A DNA stretch of 58,709 bases from Chrysochromulina tobinii (lineage: Eukaryota): NCBI GenBank assembly GCA_001275005.1, contig JWZX01003229.1, positions 1 to 58,709 of the forward strand. The letters are read 5' to 3'. Position 1 is the stretch's first letter. Every line of letters starts with the position of its first letter. The notes below the pieces were generated by a model. The model saw only the letters and a list, made by a program, of their open reading frames with translations, was not told the DNA's origin and did not search any database. Made by a program: the position numbers and the translations under genes. Positions 25,504-36,604 of this stretch are shown here, in pieces.

Positions 25504-26667
25504 TACCGCCGCGCCAGCGAGGTCAAACCCAAATCCAGAGGGGATGGCGCTGTCCCGGGCGCCCCGAGAGGACATGGCGCTGTCCCGGGCGAGGTCAAAC
25601 CCGAATCCGCTGAGCCCGCAGAGGCTCGCGCCGTACTGGGCACCGAGGCTCGCCCCGCCGTTGAGGCTGCCCAGTACGGCGCCACCTCGGCCGAGCTCCG
25701 CACCGCCGGCATGCATCATCTCGCCCCCGAGCTCGCATCTCGTCCCCGAGCTCAGGCTCATCTCGCCCTCGAGATCGCATGGGTCGCATCCCGTGAGCAC
25801 CCCCGCGCCCCGCGGCCAGAACTCGTCCCTAATATGGAAATCGCCCTCGTCGCTCATCGGGAGCGGCATGCGCCCATCGAGCCGCTCGGCCTCTTCCATA
25901 TTAGGGAGCGGCACGCGCCCATCGAGCCGCTCGCCCGCCGTCGACGCGTTGCTGCTCGCGCCAGAGCCGCTCGCGCCGCCGCCGCCGCCGCCGCCACAGC
26001 CGCCGCCGCCGCCGCCGCTGCCCAGGCCGTGTTGGCTCTGGGCTAGAGCTTGGGCGAGCATGTGCTGCTCGTCGAGCAGGGCGGCGAGCGTCCAGTCGGG
26101 CTCGCCGTGCGAGCGAGTGCCGCTGCGTCCGCCCACGCGGTGCACCGCCTCCATCGCTTCAGGCTTCACACGTGGCATCCGTGGCTGCTTGGGCCGGCTC
26201 GCCGCTGCGGCCGCCTTGGGCGGCTTGGGCGGCTTGGGCGGCTTGGGCGGCTTGGGTGGCTTGGGCGGCTGGGGCGGCTGGGGCGCCGGTGCGGTCGCCT
26301 CTGAGCTTGTGTCGGAGCTCGAGGGCATGTCGGCGCCCTCGGTGTCGGCGCCGCCGGCCATCGTGGCCTCGTGCTCCGCCGCCGGTGGCCGGCTGGCCTT
26401 GGCCTTGGGCTGCAGGCCGGCCTTCAAGCGTGCCTGCTCAGCTAGCTTACGCGGATTGTCCGCGGGTGCGGCCTCGTAGACACGAGGCCGCTTGCGCTCA
26501 CGTCCGCCTGCGGCGGCAGCCTCCGCCGGCTTGCACAGGCCCGAGTGCAACCGGAAGAGCTGGCAGCCCCACAGGCCGCAGACATCGGGAAAGCCGTCGG
26601 CGCGCAGAGGAATGCCCGGGTGTGTGATGGCGTAATTCGCCGGTGCTTCTAGAACCTCGCCCTCCAT
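22286..26667 (-). CDS. PHD-finger / zinc-finger / SET-domain protein (putative histone lysine methyltransferase); 6 exons
   Basis: Introns 25171-25257, 23990-24340, 23242-23418, 22856-23026 and 22626-22753 all splice in frame. PHD CVC...CAACDRWFHARC...CIQC; CRFC..F..H..C finger; second PHD CPC...CESCAKWFHKGC...CLRC; SET motifs GLGLYAGREFTLGERITSYAG, ASMANDP, LFATRTIRCGEEIFYNYG. Confidence 0.85.
23991..24312 (-). repeat. Intronic 23-nt tandem repeat, about 14 copies
   Basis: Unit GAGGGAGGCCATCAGCATGCAAT on + (TGATGGCCTCCCTCATTGCATGC on the sense strand); it fills most of intron 23990-24340 and ends in the TGCATGCAG acceptor. Confidence 0.95.
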
Positions 26668-26798
26668 GGAAGCAGACGAACCTTTTCGGCGCGAAGCGGC
26701 GGAGCGGCTTCTTGGGCGCGCGTGCTCGATGTCATTTCATCGTGGAGCTTCTACAATCTACCTAGAACAATTGACATTCGGAACCCGGATCGAGCTGC

Positions 26799-29316
26799 AT
26801 GCATTGCCCAAGTTTTATCCACTGCCCTGAAAGCACTCACCTAGACCGTCTTTCAACATTTCATCCTGAACGACGCATGACCACCCTTTTTGCTACTCGT
26901 ACTGACTTGATGACCCGCCGGAATATCCTGCCATTCGCACCCAACGTGACCTTGCGCAACACGCGCTGGCCTGAGACGACGCCGTGGGAGCAGATCTGCT
27001 CCGAGCGACGGGCAATGCCCAGCAGCAACTTCGCCGGTGGCAGCAGTCGGCAACGGCATCACGAGACGAAGCTGCTTCGGTTGTTGGCATCCGGCGCTCC
27101 GCTCGTGGACGGCGAGCATGCGGTCCTCGCCTTTGCCGACCGGCTCAGGCGCGACCTAGGCGCGCGCGGCGTGCTGTGCGATGGAGCACAGCCGTGTGCC
27201 GTGAGCGTGCACACGGACGGCGACAACGGCAATGTGACGGCCGAGATCTGCTTGCCGCGGCTCTCGAGCGCGGCCCGGCGCGCCGTGCTTTGCGAGCCAT
27301 ACGGCGAAATGTGGCAGCAGCTCGGTGGCGAGGTGGACCTCTTCGACGGCCGCCGCTCGCGCTATAAGGCCGGCTGGAAGGGCGACAAGCAATTCACAGG
27401 CGACCTCACCGGAGCTTTCGACCGCCCAGCGTGCGCGAGCTTCGAGCTGCGCCGACTCGCGCGCTGGTGGACGGCGCTGCGCACGATGACGCCTTTTGTG
27501 AACGCGAGCCAGCTTCAGCGCGGCCCCAGGGCCAACGGCAAGCTCTCGACCGGCTGGCCTCTGCGCGGGAAGCAATCGAAGGGCGCAGCCGCCTCTGCCG
27601 AGAAGCAAAGCAGTGACCAGGCGAGGAGCTCTGCGAGGAGCTCTGCGAGGAGCCCTCGAGCATGGGATTGGATGGGATTGCAGATTGGATGGGATTGCAT
27701 CTCATTTTGCAGACTGGATGGGATTGCAGATTGGATGGGATTGCATCTCATTTTGCAGAGCCCTCGTCCCATCGAGCTCGCCGCTGATGGGCGCTGATGG
27801 GCACTGATGGGCAACGGGCGCTGATGACGATGGATTGCCGTTGATGTGAGCGCTGAGTGTGACCCCCACTCTCTATCAGGCGAGAGCCCGTGAGTTTGCA
27901 CAGTGGCTCCGCTCCGACTCGCCCTCGGCAGTGCGCGCGCGCGCGTACGGGCCCCAACACTTCCGAACGTGCGCGGTCGTCGGCAGCGGCCATGACCTGC
28001 GCTGCGGCGTGCCGCGAGGAGCGGAGATCGACTCTCACGACGCCGTCTTTCGGAGCAATGCGGCACAGCACGGAGAGGCCATGGGTGGATTCGATTCGGC
28101 GCAGGCGCGCGCGCTGCGCAGGCAGCGGCTGCCCGAGAGCCAGGCAAGGGCACCCACTGATGCCCCCTGATTGCCCCCGAGTGCCTCCATGATTACGAAT
28201 AAATTACGACTTAATTACGACTGCTGACCGCTGAATGCGGCTGCCGGAGAGGCTGGCAGGCGGGCCGGCGCACCACGTTCCGGGTCAGCTGCCTCTACAA
28301 CGGGCGCGTCGAGCAACCCCGTGACGAACCTGACGAACTTGACGAACCTGAGCGAAAGTCCGTGCGAGAGTCGAAGGTGGATCATGACGAACCTGAGCGA
28401 GAGTCGAAGGTGTATCATCGGCAGTTGAAGCCCAACAGACGGCTTGCACCTGGCACCCCACAGCCATCTTCACAGCCATCTTCACGGCCATCAACGGCCA
28501 TCAATAGCAATGAGCTCGGGCCGAACAGAAAGCAAGGGGCTGGGGTGGACGCATCATCTCACGAGGGAGCGCCAGGGACGGTGTCAGGGGCGGCGTCAGG
28601 GGCAGCGTCGGGGGCGGCGTCAGGGGCGGCGTGGTCCGAGCAGTGCATTGTGCCGCGGCCGTGGTTTGAACAGCGATGGGGGCGTGAGGCCATGAGCAAC
28701 ACGCGCCACGTGTGCTGCGACCACACGCAGCTCCGCTCGTCCTACGACCTGAGCTCCCTCCAGGTGATGGCCGTTGATTGCCGTTGATTGCCGTTGATGA
28801 CGACCATACGCAGCTCCGCTCGTCCTACGACCTGAGCTCCCTCCAGGTGATGGCCGTTGATTGCCGTTGATTGCCGTTGATTGCATGCAGGCGCTCGAGC
28901 GGGAGCGGTCTGCGCGCCATTGATTGCCGTTGATTGCCGTTGATTGCATGCAGGCGCTCGAGCGGGAGCAATCTGCGCGCTTCCTCTTCTTCCTGGGCGC
29001 CGTGTCGGGCGACGAGTCCATCGACGCGATGCTCGCCGGCTCCGGTGGCAATGCACTCCACGCCGCCCTCAGCCTGTGCGCCGCCGTCGATGTGTACGGT
29101 AGCGGGCTGCACAGCCGCGGCGTCGGCCACGACAAGATCTATGCGCATGCGTACGACGAGCGCGTCGGCCATTGCCTCGTGCCAGGCTCGCGCCCTTACC
29201 GTTTCGGGAAGCTCAAGGGCATCCTCGGGTTCGTCAAATGGCGCAAGGACCGCGTCCGTACCGAGATGCTGCTGCACGTGCTGCATGCGCTCGGCGTCGT
29301 GCGCTGGGTGCAGTGA
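26799..29316 (+). CDS. Glycosyltransferase family 29 (sialyltransferase-like) protein; 4 exons
   Basis: Introns 27621-27879 (GC-AG), 28144-28259 (GC-AG) and 28764-28953 (GT-AG) splice in frame. Sialylmotif L RTCAVVGSG..L....RGAEIDSHDAVFRSN...AGRRTTFR; motif S SGGNALHAALSLCAAVDVYG; motif III-like HAYD. Start uncertain. Confidence 0.85.
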
Positions 29317-29667
29317 AGGCCTCAGGTGTGACGTGCGAGGCCCCAGCTGAGGGCGAGGCGGAGTATACCTCGCGTAGGCGGAGGGGTGCGCTGAAGATGC
29401 GGGGAATGGATGCATTCATTCATTGATCTTCGACGGAATACATAGTATGAAATACCGTTCTCCAATTGCATTCTCCAATCACGTCAGCGGGATGCATGCG
29501 CATGAGGCTTGATCGAGGGTTGTGTTGAGCGAGAGTGGGATGTGGGTGGCTGCGTCTACTCGACTTGACTTGACTCCTGTTCACACCCAAATTTGCATCC
29601 GCCCAAGACAGCGCGTGTTGGCATTGGTGTGGAGGCTCTCTCCTCTCGTCGCTCCGCCCGAGACGCG

Positions 29668-30261
29668 ATGTACAGCAAGTTCGACGGCATCGGCGACGGT
29701 GAAAACGATGGCAGCGCAACCGCCACCGCACCGCTAGCGCCGACGCGCGACGACTTTGCCAAGAAGCTTCAGAGTATGCAAGCGCAGGCGCAAGGTGGCA
29801 ACCTGTCCGTCACCGAGATCATGGCGCAGATGAAGGCGCTGCCCGCTGAGGCGAAGATGAAGCTCATGGAGCAGCTCGGCCCCCTCGCGGCATCGCTGCA
29901 GCCCAAGAGCAGCGCGGTGCCAGACTCGCCGAACACTGCGTCAGCAGCTGAGTTTGCTTCTAGGCTCGCGTCAGAGAAGTCAGCGTTTGCTATGCCCAAA
30001 GCCCTCGAACGCGAGCAGGAGATGCGCGAAGAGCAGCAGAGCCTGCAGCTAGTGAAGAGCCGAATCATCGTCTCGGGGTTGGTGGCTCGGCCGGAGCTCA
30101 ATGGCAGAGTCGGCACGATCACAGCTTGGATCGGCGCCAAGGGGCGGTTCGCTGTGAAGCTTGAGGGCGTGAACGAGCCGGTGCTGCTCAAGCGGCTCAA
30201 TTTGGTAACGACGGACGAGCTGGCCACGAAGAAGATTGAAGGATGCGTTACGCGAGGTTGA
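29668..30261 (+). CDS. Hypothetical protein with a C-terminal small beta-barrel-like motif
   Basis: Coding-like ORF from the ATG at 29668 (MYSKFDGIGD); C-terminal IVSGLVARPELNGRVGTI...GRFAVKLEG...LLKRLNL resembles a motif that recurs in algal hypothetical proteins. Confidence 0.65.
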   Translation: MYSKFDGIGDGENDGSATATAPLAPTRDDFAKKLQSMQAQAQGGNLSVTEIMAQMKALPAEAKMKLMEQLGPLAASLQPKSSAVPDSPNTASAAEFASRLASEKSAFAMPKALEREQEMREEQQSLQLVKSRIIVSGLVARPELNGRVGTITAWIGAKGRFAVKLEGVNEPVLLKRLNLVTTDELATKKIEGCVTRG

Positions 30262-30662
30262 AGTCCAGCATCCTATCACGCGAGCCCGTAGACCTTGCGT
30301 CGGCTGTGCACACACCTTAGGCGCTTAGGCCGGGGGGCCCGCGCGACCCCCACGACTCCTTGCATGTAGGCACACACAGGACACACTGTGAGCCCCGCCG
30401 GCCAGGAGCGAAGGCACAGATAGAGCGGGGGTCATACTCTAATTAGTTTTTGCAGCAATCGATCCTAAGAACATGCACGGGCTCTGTCGCACGCGCCGGG
30501 TTGTGATCACAGCGCCTCTTCCTCGCGCTCGCCTATCTACGCGAGAGTGACGCCGCACAAGCACCCATACACGATACAGTAGTCAGCGGCAGTGCAGAGC
30601 GAGGCCAAAGCCCAAAGTTACCCAAAGTGGTCGAGTGTCGTGTCGTGTTGTGAGATTCGTCA

Positions 30663-32123
30663 TTACGATTGTGGGGCTGGGGCTGGCGGTGCTTTTAGAG
30701 CTTCGAGTACTTCTTTTTCGTCCTTGGTTTCGTTAATGCCGTCCAATTTGGCCGTTTCGTACCCCAGCCCGCGGAGGTGGCGGATGAGTTGTCGGTTGTG
30801 ATCGAAGCCCCGCGTCTCGAGGACCGCCTTGATCACTACCATGTCCACCGATGTGTGCAGCCACGCTCGCTCATGGAAGATGTCCTTCACACTCGCCCCC
30901 ATGCCGGCGATCGCCTTGGCGAGCTCGGCGATGCCGCCCGGCCGGTCGCTCACAGGTACGGTGAGCCGGATGAGGCGGCCGTCCGCCGCGAGGCCCCTCT
31001 CGATCACACGCCCCAGCACCGTGACATCGATGTTACCGCCGCACAGTGGAACAAGAACCTTTTTATCCTGGAGGTCCGAACGATCGAGGGCAGACGGCAC
31101 TCAGAGGGCACTCAGAGGGCACTCAGAAGGCTCTCGGCAGATGGCACTCGAATAGCACTCAGATGGCACTCCGAGGGCACTCCGATGGCACGCCGAGGGC
31201 ACTCAAATGGCCCTCACCTTCAGGTCCAAACGGTCGAGAGGACCTCCAGGGAGCATCGCCGCAAGACCGGCCGCGCCTCCTCCCTCGACGACCATCTTCT
31301 CGCCCTCGAGCAGCCGCAGCACGGCCAGGGCCACGGCCGCCTCGTCCACCGTCACTATCTCGTCCACCCAATGGCGTGCTACGGCGAAGGCATGTGCACC
31401 GACCTGTGGAACTGCCAAACCATCGGCGAGTGTCGGCATCACTGCCACGGGAACAGGATGGCCAGCCTCGAGCGCCGCGCTGTACGAGGCACAGCGCTTG
31501 GGCTCGACGCCGATCACCCGCAGCCCCGGCTGCATCGTCTTCATCGCGAGCGCGATGCCCGCGATGAGCCCTCCGCCGCCCACAGGCACAACGACAGCGT
31601 CGCAGTCGGGTACCTGCTCGAGCATCTCCATGCCAAGCGTGCCGGTGCCCGCGATGATCTCGGGATCGTCGTAACCATTGATGTAGCGCAGGTCGCCGTA
31701 CACCTCGAGCGCGTGCTGCTTCGACTCGCCAATGTGCGCACCGTGAATGACAACGTTCGCTCCAAAGAGCCGGCACTTGTCGACCTTGGCCATCGGCGCC
31801 ACAGTCGGCATCACGACCGTCACCGGGATGCCGAGCTGCACGCCGTGCCACGTGAGCGCAAGCGCATGGTTGCCCGCCGACGCCGCCACCACGCCACGCC
31901 GCCGAGCCTCGCCATCCAGGCTGAGCAGGGCGTTCCTTGCACCCCTTTCCTTGAAGGAGCCCGTGAACTGCTGCTGCTCCAGCTTGAAGTGCACATGCGA
32001 CCCGGTGATCTCCGAGAGCCAGTGCGAGCGCTGGCAGCTGGTGCGCACGATCCCACCTCGAATGCGGTGCATCGCCGCCGCGACGTGCTCGAAGCGCACA
32101 CAGTCATAGGACGGCAGCTTCAT
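30663..32123 (-). CDS. PLP-dependent threonine/serine dehydratase with a C-terminal ACT domain; intron at 31068-31217
   Basis: KLEQQQFTGSFKERGA, ASAGNHA, VPVGGGGLIAG, TLADGLAV, VVEGGGAAG; second exon VPLCGGNID and ACT-type VSDRPGGIAEL...HER. Confidence 0.93.
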
Positions 32124-32669
32124 TCGGGAAGCGGCAGACGCAGGCAGAGGGTGTGCAGGGTACCGTAGGAATACTTGATTGACGAATCTTCATTCCCATA
32201 TTCAAATTTATGTCAAGTCATCTCCATCAACTCCACCTCCAACATCCCACTATCACCTGCTGGCTTCCGGAGCACACGATAGGCTTACGTCTGGTTGTCC
32301 GCTGTTTATGTAACATGTAACGACTTGACTTGTCCCCAAAAATAAACTTTTCACGTACATGTTCAAGCCGCACGCGGGAACAGAAATGCGTACGAGATTT
32401 TCAGCACCGTCTCCGAGTTAATTGCGATTTGCGAAAAGGCGTTTCGTTTCTTTTTCCAGCTCCCTGTTTATCTTCTTCGAAGTCCGCAGGGTTCAGATAC
32501 CCGCGTGCCTGCCCGTGCGAGCGAAGAGCCGCCTGTCGGGCACTCCTGCTTCGTCCATTGCGAAGTTGAATTCGCGACGGAAGATTGTACTGGGAGGGTC
32601 GATCGAAGCGGATCCGGAAGCCGCCACAGGTGACCTACTGGGTAAGTTTTGTGGTGCTCAGTTGTAAAG

Positions 32670-35519
32670 ATGTTGCACGCCAAGCTGGGGCTCATCTGCC
32701 TCGCGACTGCCGCTGGATTCGCCGCCGCTGCGGGCAACCAGCTTCTCGACCCCGAATTGGTCATGGGTCCGGCTCCTTTGCCGAATGAGCTTCCGATCCG
32801 TGCCAAGACTGAGGAAAACCAAAAGAGCCGTTTGTGGAGGGAGGACCACATCGTGTACCCGGAGTGGGTGGTTCCGGAGCAAAAGACCGGGATCGTGTCT
32901 GTGGCTGAGTCGCACCCCGTGGATGTCAAGGCGACGGCGCGCGCGGGCCGCCGCCGCCTTCAGGCTTCGTGCCCGACCCCCCAACCTCCGGCTCCGGTCG
33001 TCATTCCAACCTATTGCCCCGGCTATCCGAACTTGCCACTCCTCAACTCGACGATGGGCTTTTCGGGCCTCAACTCGACGATGGGCTTTTCGGGCATTCC
33101 GAGCACTCCCATTCTGCGGGCCGGTCAGCGGAATCTCACTACCGGCACTTACATCGATTCCGGTGGCGTCTTCGAGTGGACGACCGGCTGCCCGGTGGCC
33201 ATCAATCTTGGCAGCGGCGAGAACCTGTACACCAAGGTTTACCTCCAGCCCCGGTGGAAGCTCAAGTATGCCTGGGAGACGTCGCAGAGCTTCATCATGC
33301 TCCCCGACTGGCACCAGATCCCGTACTACTTCTCGAATGTGCAAACAAATGTGCAAGCACCCTCCCCGAACGTCACCTTCTTCTATTTCGGCTCCTTGAA
33401 CTCCGAGTACGTGTTCCAGCCTGTTCCGTCTCCTTCGTTCCGAGACTTTTACCACCGCACGGCCGCCTGGGTACGCGCCGCCAAAGGCCCCCGCCGCGCG
33501 TGCTACACGATGCGCTGGTGGCTACTCGCGTTTACCCCCAAATATGCGCGCGAGCTCCCGCACGTACACCAATGACCTGCTCAGGTACCCCCCCCTCCTT
33601 CTCAGGGTTGGTGCGGCGAGGCCTCTCCTCGGACTAACTGCACGGCAGGTACCTTCGGCCTCGCCAACTCGGGCTACGTGTACATGACCTGGCACGCCGT
33701 CGCGGCCGGGTTCGCCTTTCCGGAGTCTCGGCTCACCGGCCGCATCACCGTCACGACCATCCCCCCGACCCTCACGTACATCAAGCCAGCGCAGCTTAAC
33801 GCCCTCCGCGACATCTATAACACCATGTGCAAGCCAACTCAGTCCCTGCTGCCCATCTGGAACGTCAGCGCGGCCGCGACCAGCGTCAACCGCCACTGGA
33901 CGCGAGCATTCTTCCGAAGCGGCGCGTACGCGAGGAACTATGGGAACGCCGACCCGACGTACCTCTACCTTGCCAACTACAGCACCACTGGCCGTGAGCT
34001 GGACACAGACGTGATTCCCTACTGCGATTGGCTCTTCGCGACCCGCCTGGACTCGAACCCCGCGGACCGCACGGTGGTTCTCGCCACGCCGCCCGGCCTC
34101 GCTGGTAACGGCAACTGCGAGCGGATCGACTTCATCTTGTGCAATGTAGATGGCGACGTCATTGAGATCGACTTCGACAGTCTGGGCCTGACGGGCACGC
34201 TGCCAGCTTCATTCTCTGCGTTCGACACGCTCAAGAATCTCTACCTGCGCGAAAACACAATCTCCGGCACCCTCCCGCCCTCCATCTTTGCCTCGTCCGA
34301 GCTCAAGAACGTCTTCCTCGGCAAGAACTTTTTCACCGGACCCATCCCATGCCCCACGCACCCCGAGTCCGTGCTGACGAGTATCTCGCTGGAGCGCAAC
34401 TCGTTCACTGGCACGCTGCCCAACTGCCTGTTCACGGATGCGCCCTACCTGCAGACCCTCGATGTGAGCTACCTCGACCTCGATACCACCATCCCCAACG
34501 TCATCCAGGAGGCCACCCAGTTGGTCTCTCTCACCATGCGCCATGCCGGAATTGTCGGCAACCTGCCCCAGGAGATGAAGTGCAACGACAAGCTTCAGTG
34601 GGTGTCGCTCGAGCGCAACAAGATGTCTGGCACTGTGCCCAGCGACGTGATTGGTGGCATGGGTGCCCTTTACGAGCTCGGACTCTCGTACAATGACTTC
34701 AGCGGCCCGATCCCCACGATCCCGAACACCTCCACGGGCTTCCGGATGCTTTACCTCGACCACAACCGATTCTCGGGGCAGTTCGAGGAGCAGCTTAAGG
34801 GGTGGACGCAGAACCTGGGCTCCTCAACAACCTCGAGGCTCTACCTGGACCACAACGACCTCAGCGGTCCGCTGCCCACCTACCTCTACGACCTGATATA
34901 CGATGCGCACGGCATCAAATCGCTCGCCATCAACGGGAATCACTTCCTGTGCGACCAGCAGCGTGTTGACTGGCCGGCGTGGGTCTTCCGCGTGGGCACG
35001 GGCGCGTTTGGCGTGTGCACCCCTCTGGCCATGGTGACTAGCGTCACCGTCCCCAACCCCGGAAGCATCGTGGTTACGGGCGCCAACTTTGTCGCCAGCC
35101 CTGAGCTCAAATGCAAGCTCATCAACACGGAGACCTCTATTGCTACGATCGTTAATGCCGCGTACCGCTCGCGGACGGAGGTTGAGTGCATCGCGCCGAC
35201 CATTGCGCCGACCATGAACTACATCGTGCAGGTGGCCAACTATGGCACCGACTTCTACTCGCCTGCCCTCGCAGGGTCGGCATACGTGATGCGTTCAGTT
35301 GTGATCCCAGCCAATGAGGTGCTATCGGTTGGCGTTATCATCGCGATCGTCGTGTCGGTGGTCGTCGCGTTCCTCCTGTGCCTCTGCGCCTTGACTCTCA
35401 TCCAGCGCGAGCGTGCAGGCAAGCCCGTCTTCTCGCTCGTGGGTGGCGACGCAGGGTCTGCTAAGCCCTTGGCCACTGCGACGAAGAGTAGCTCTGCCGC
35501 TGGTGGGCACACGCTCTAA
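32670..35519 (+). CDS. Single-pass LRR receptor-like protein (signal peptide, plant-type LRRs, IPT/TIG-like domain, TM, short tail; no kinase)
   Basis: Signal MLHAKLGLICLATAAGFAAAA; LxxLxLxxNxxSGxLP repeats; VVTGANF...LKC...VEC; TM VGVIIAIVVSVVVAFLLCLCAL. Junction between ORF 32649..33575 and ORF 33678..35519 is unresolved; a likely acceptor with a CTAAC branch point ends at 33648. Confidence 0.8.
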
Positions 35520-36413
35520 TCGGATCCGGATCGCGTCTAAACACAAAATTAGACTGACGTTGTGTGTGAATCCGACGCCAGACTGATCTCTCCGCTTCCA
35601 CGGCTCCGCCGTATCCTGGTTATTATGCGTTAAGCGCACGGGTGCGCCGGCGGTGTGCGGCCGCCGCGGCGCGTCGTACCTCGTCCACACGTGACATGAC
35701 GAGATCACACTTCACAGTCGCTCCCCTCCCTCCTTTCCACCTCACCTCGGTGGGTCCTTGTTTGGGATCTAGCCACTATCCAGACACAGCCCTAAAATCC
35801 GCCCGCCGACACAGCACACACAATGCACGCATGGCGTGGCGCCGGTGGGCCCACGGTATACTATTCCGCACACAAGACAGAATGAAACCGTTCCCCCACA
35901 ATGCATGCATGGCCCAGGTTATCAGGATAACCGAATCATGGGGGTACCTTGTTCTCAAATAGATGCCCCCCCCACTAAGCCTACACTCTTGGTACCCCAC
36001 AACCAGGCTCTGGGAAAGATGAAGGAAGGAAAAAGGTCCACACCTCGTTCACACAGTTTCATATGCCATGTGTGTGTCAATGACGATGTGATTCAGCGGC
36101 CTTGGTGTTTCCTGCAGCAGATGTCGCAAGAGATCCCAGAACGACCCAAGCCTCTCCTTTCAGGCAGGCAAAGGGAGAAGAGCTAGACAGCAACAAGGCG
36201 GTCTCCTGTGCCGGCTCCACGTGGCACCGCGAAACTCCCGAAATACCCATGGAAATACCTCACCCGCTAATCCAGATGCAACAATTCCGTGCGCCTATTT
36301 CCCACCTCTGTCCCGCGACACCCCTATCGCCTAACCCCATGTGTTCTCCACGCATCTACACCTACAGTAGGTTACTCCCTTCAGTGTCTGTCGTGTCAAC
36401 GTTCACACTCCGA

Positions 36414-36513
36414 CGTGTCTCGTTTGGGGTCATGTAAGGTGTGTGTATTCTGAGCGGGCAGTAACAGTGCCGTAGCACCGGCTGTCGCTTCTGTCGTGTT
36501 AACGTTCACACTC
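36414..36513 (+). repeat. Dispersed repeat A, copy 2
   Basis: CGTGTCTCGTTTGGGGTCATGTAAG...CTGAGCGGGCAGTAACAGTGCCGT...GTTAACGTTCACACTC aligns with 53091-53203 and with the reverse complement of 21720-21772. Confidence 0.85.
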
Positions 36514-36604
36514 CCAGCCCCTTGTGTTGTCGCCGCTCCTGAGAGTTCGCAGAAATTACCCAGCACAGGACTGTCACTAGATACTCGCGCGCATCTGGAC
36601 CATC

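Noticed and set aside
29560..29576. (GACTT)n short repeat, also at 32322, 38120 and 57683
   Set aside because: Only 2-3 units each, mostly intergenic; too short to support a function.
35780..36400. Lower-GC intergenic stretch with short inverted and direct repeats (GGGGTACC/GGTACCCC, ACAATGCA.GCATGGC) as a possible MITE
   Set aside because: No convincing terminal inverted repeats, TSD or second copy in the window.
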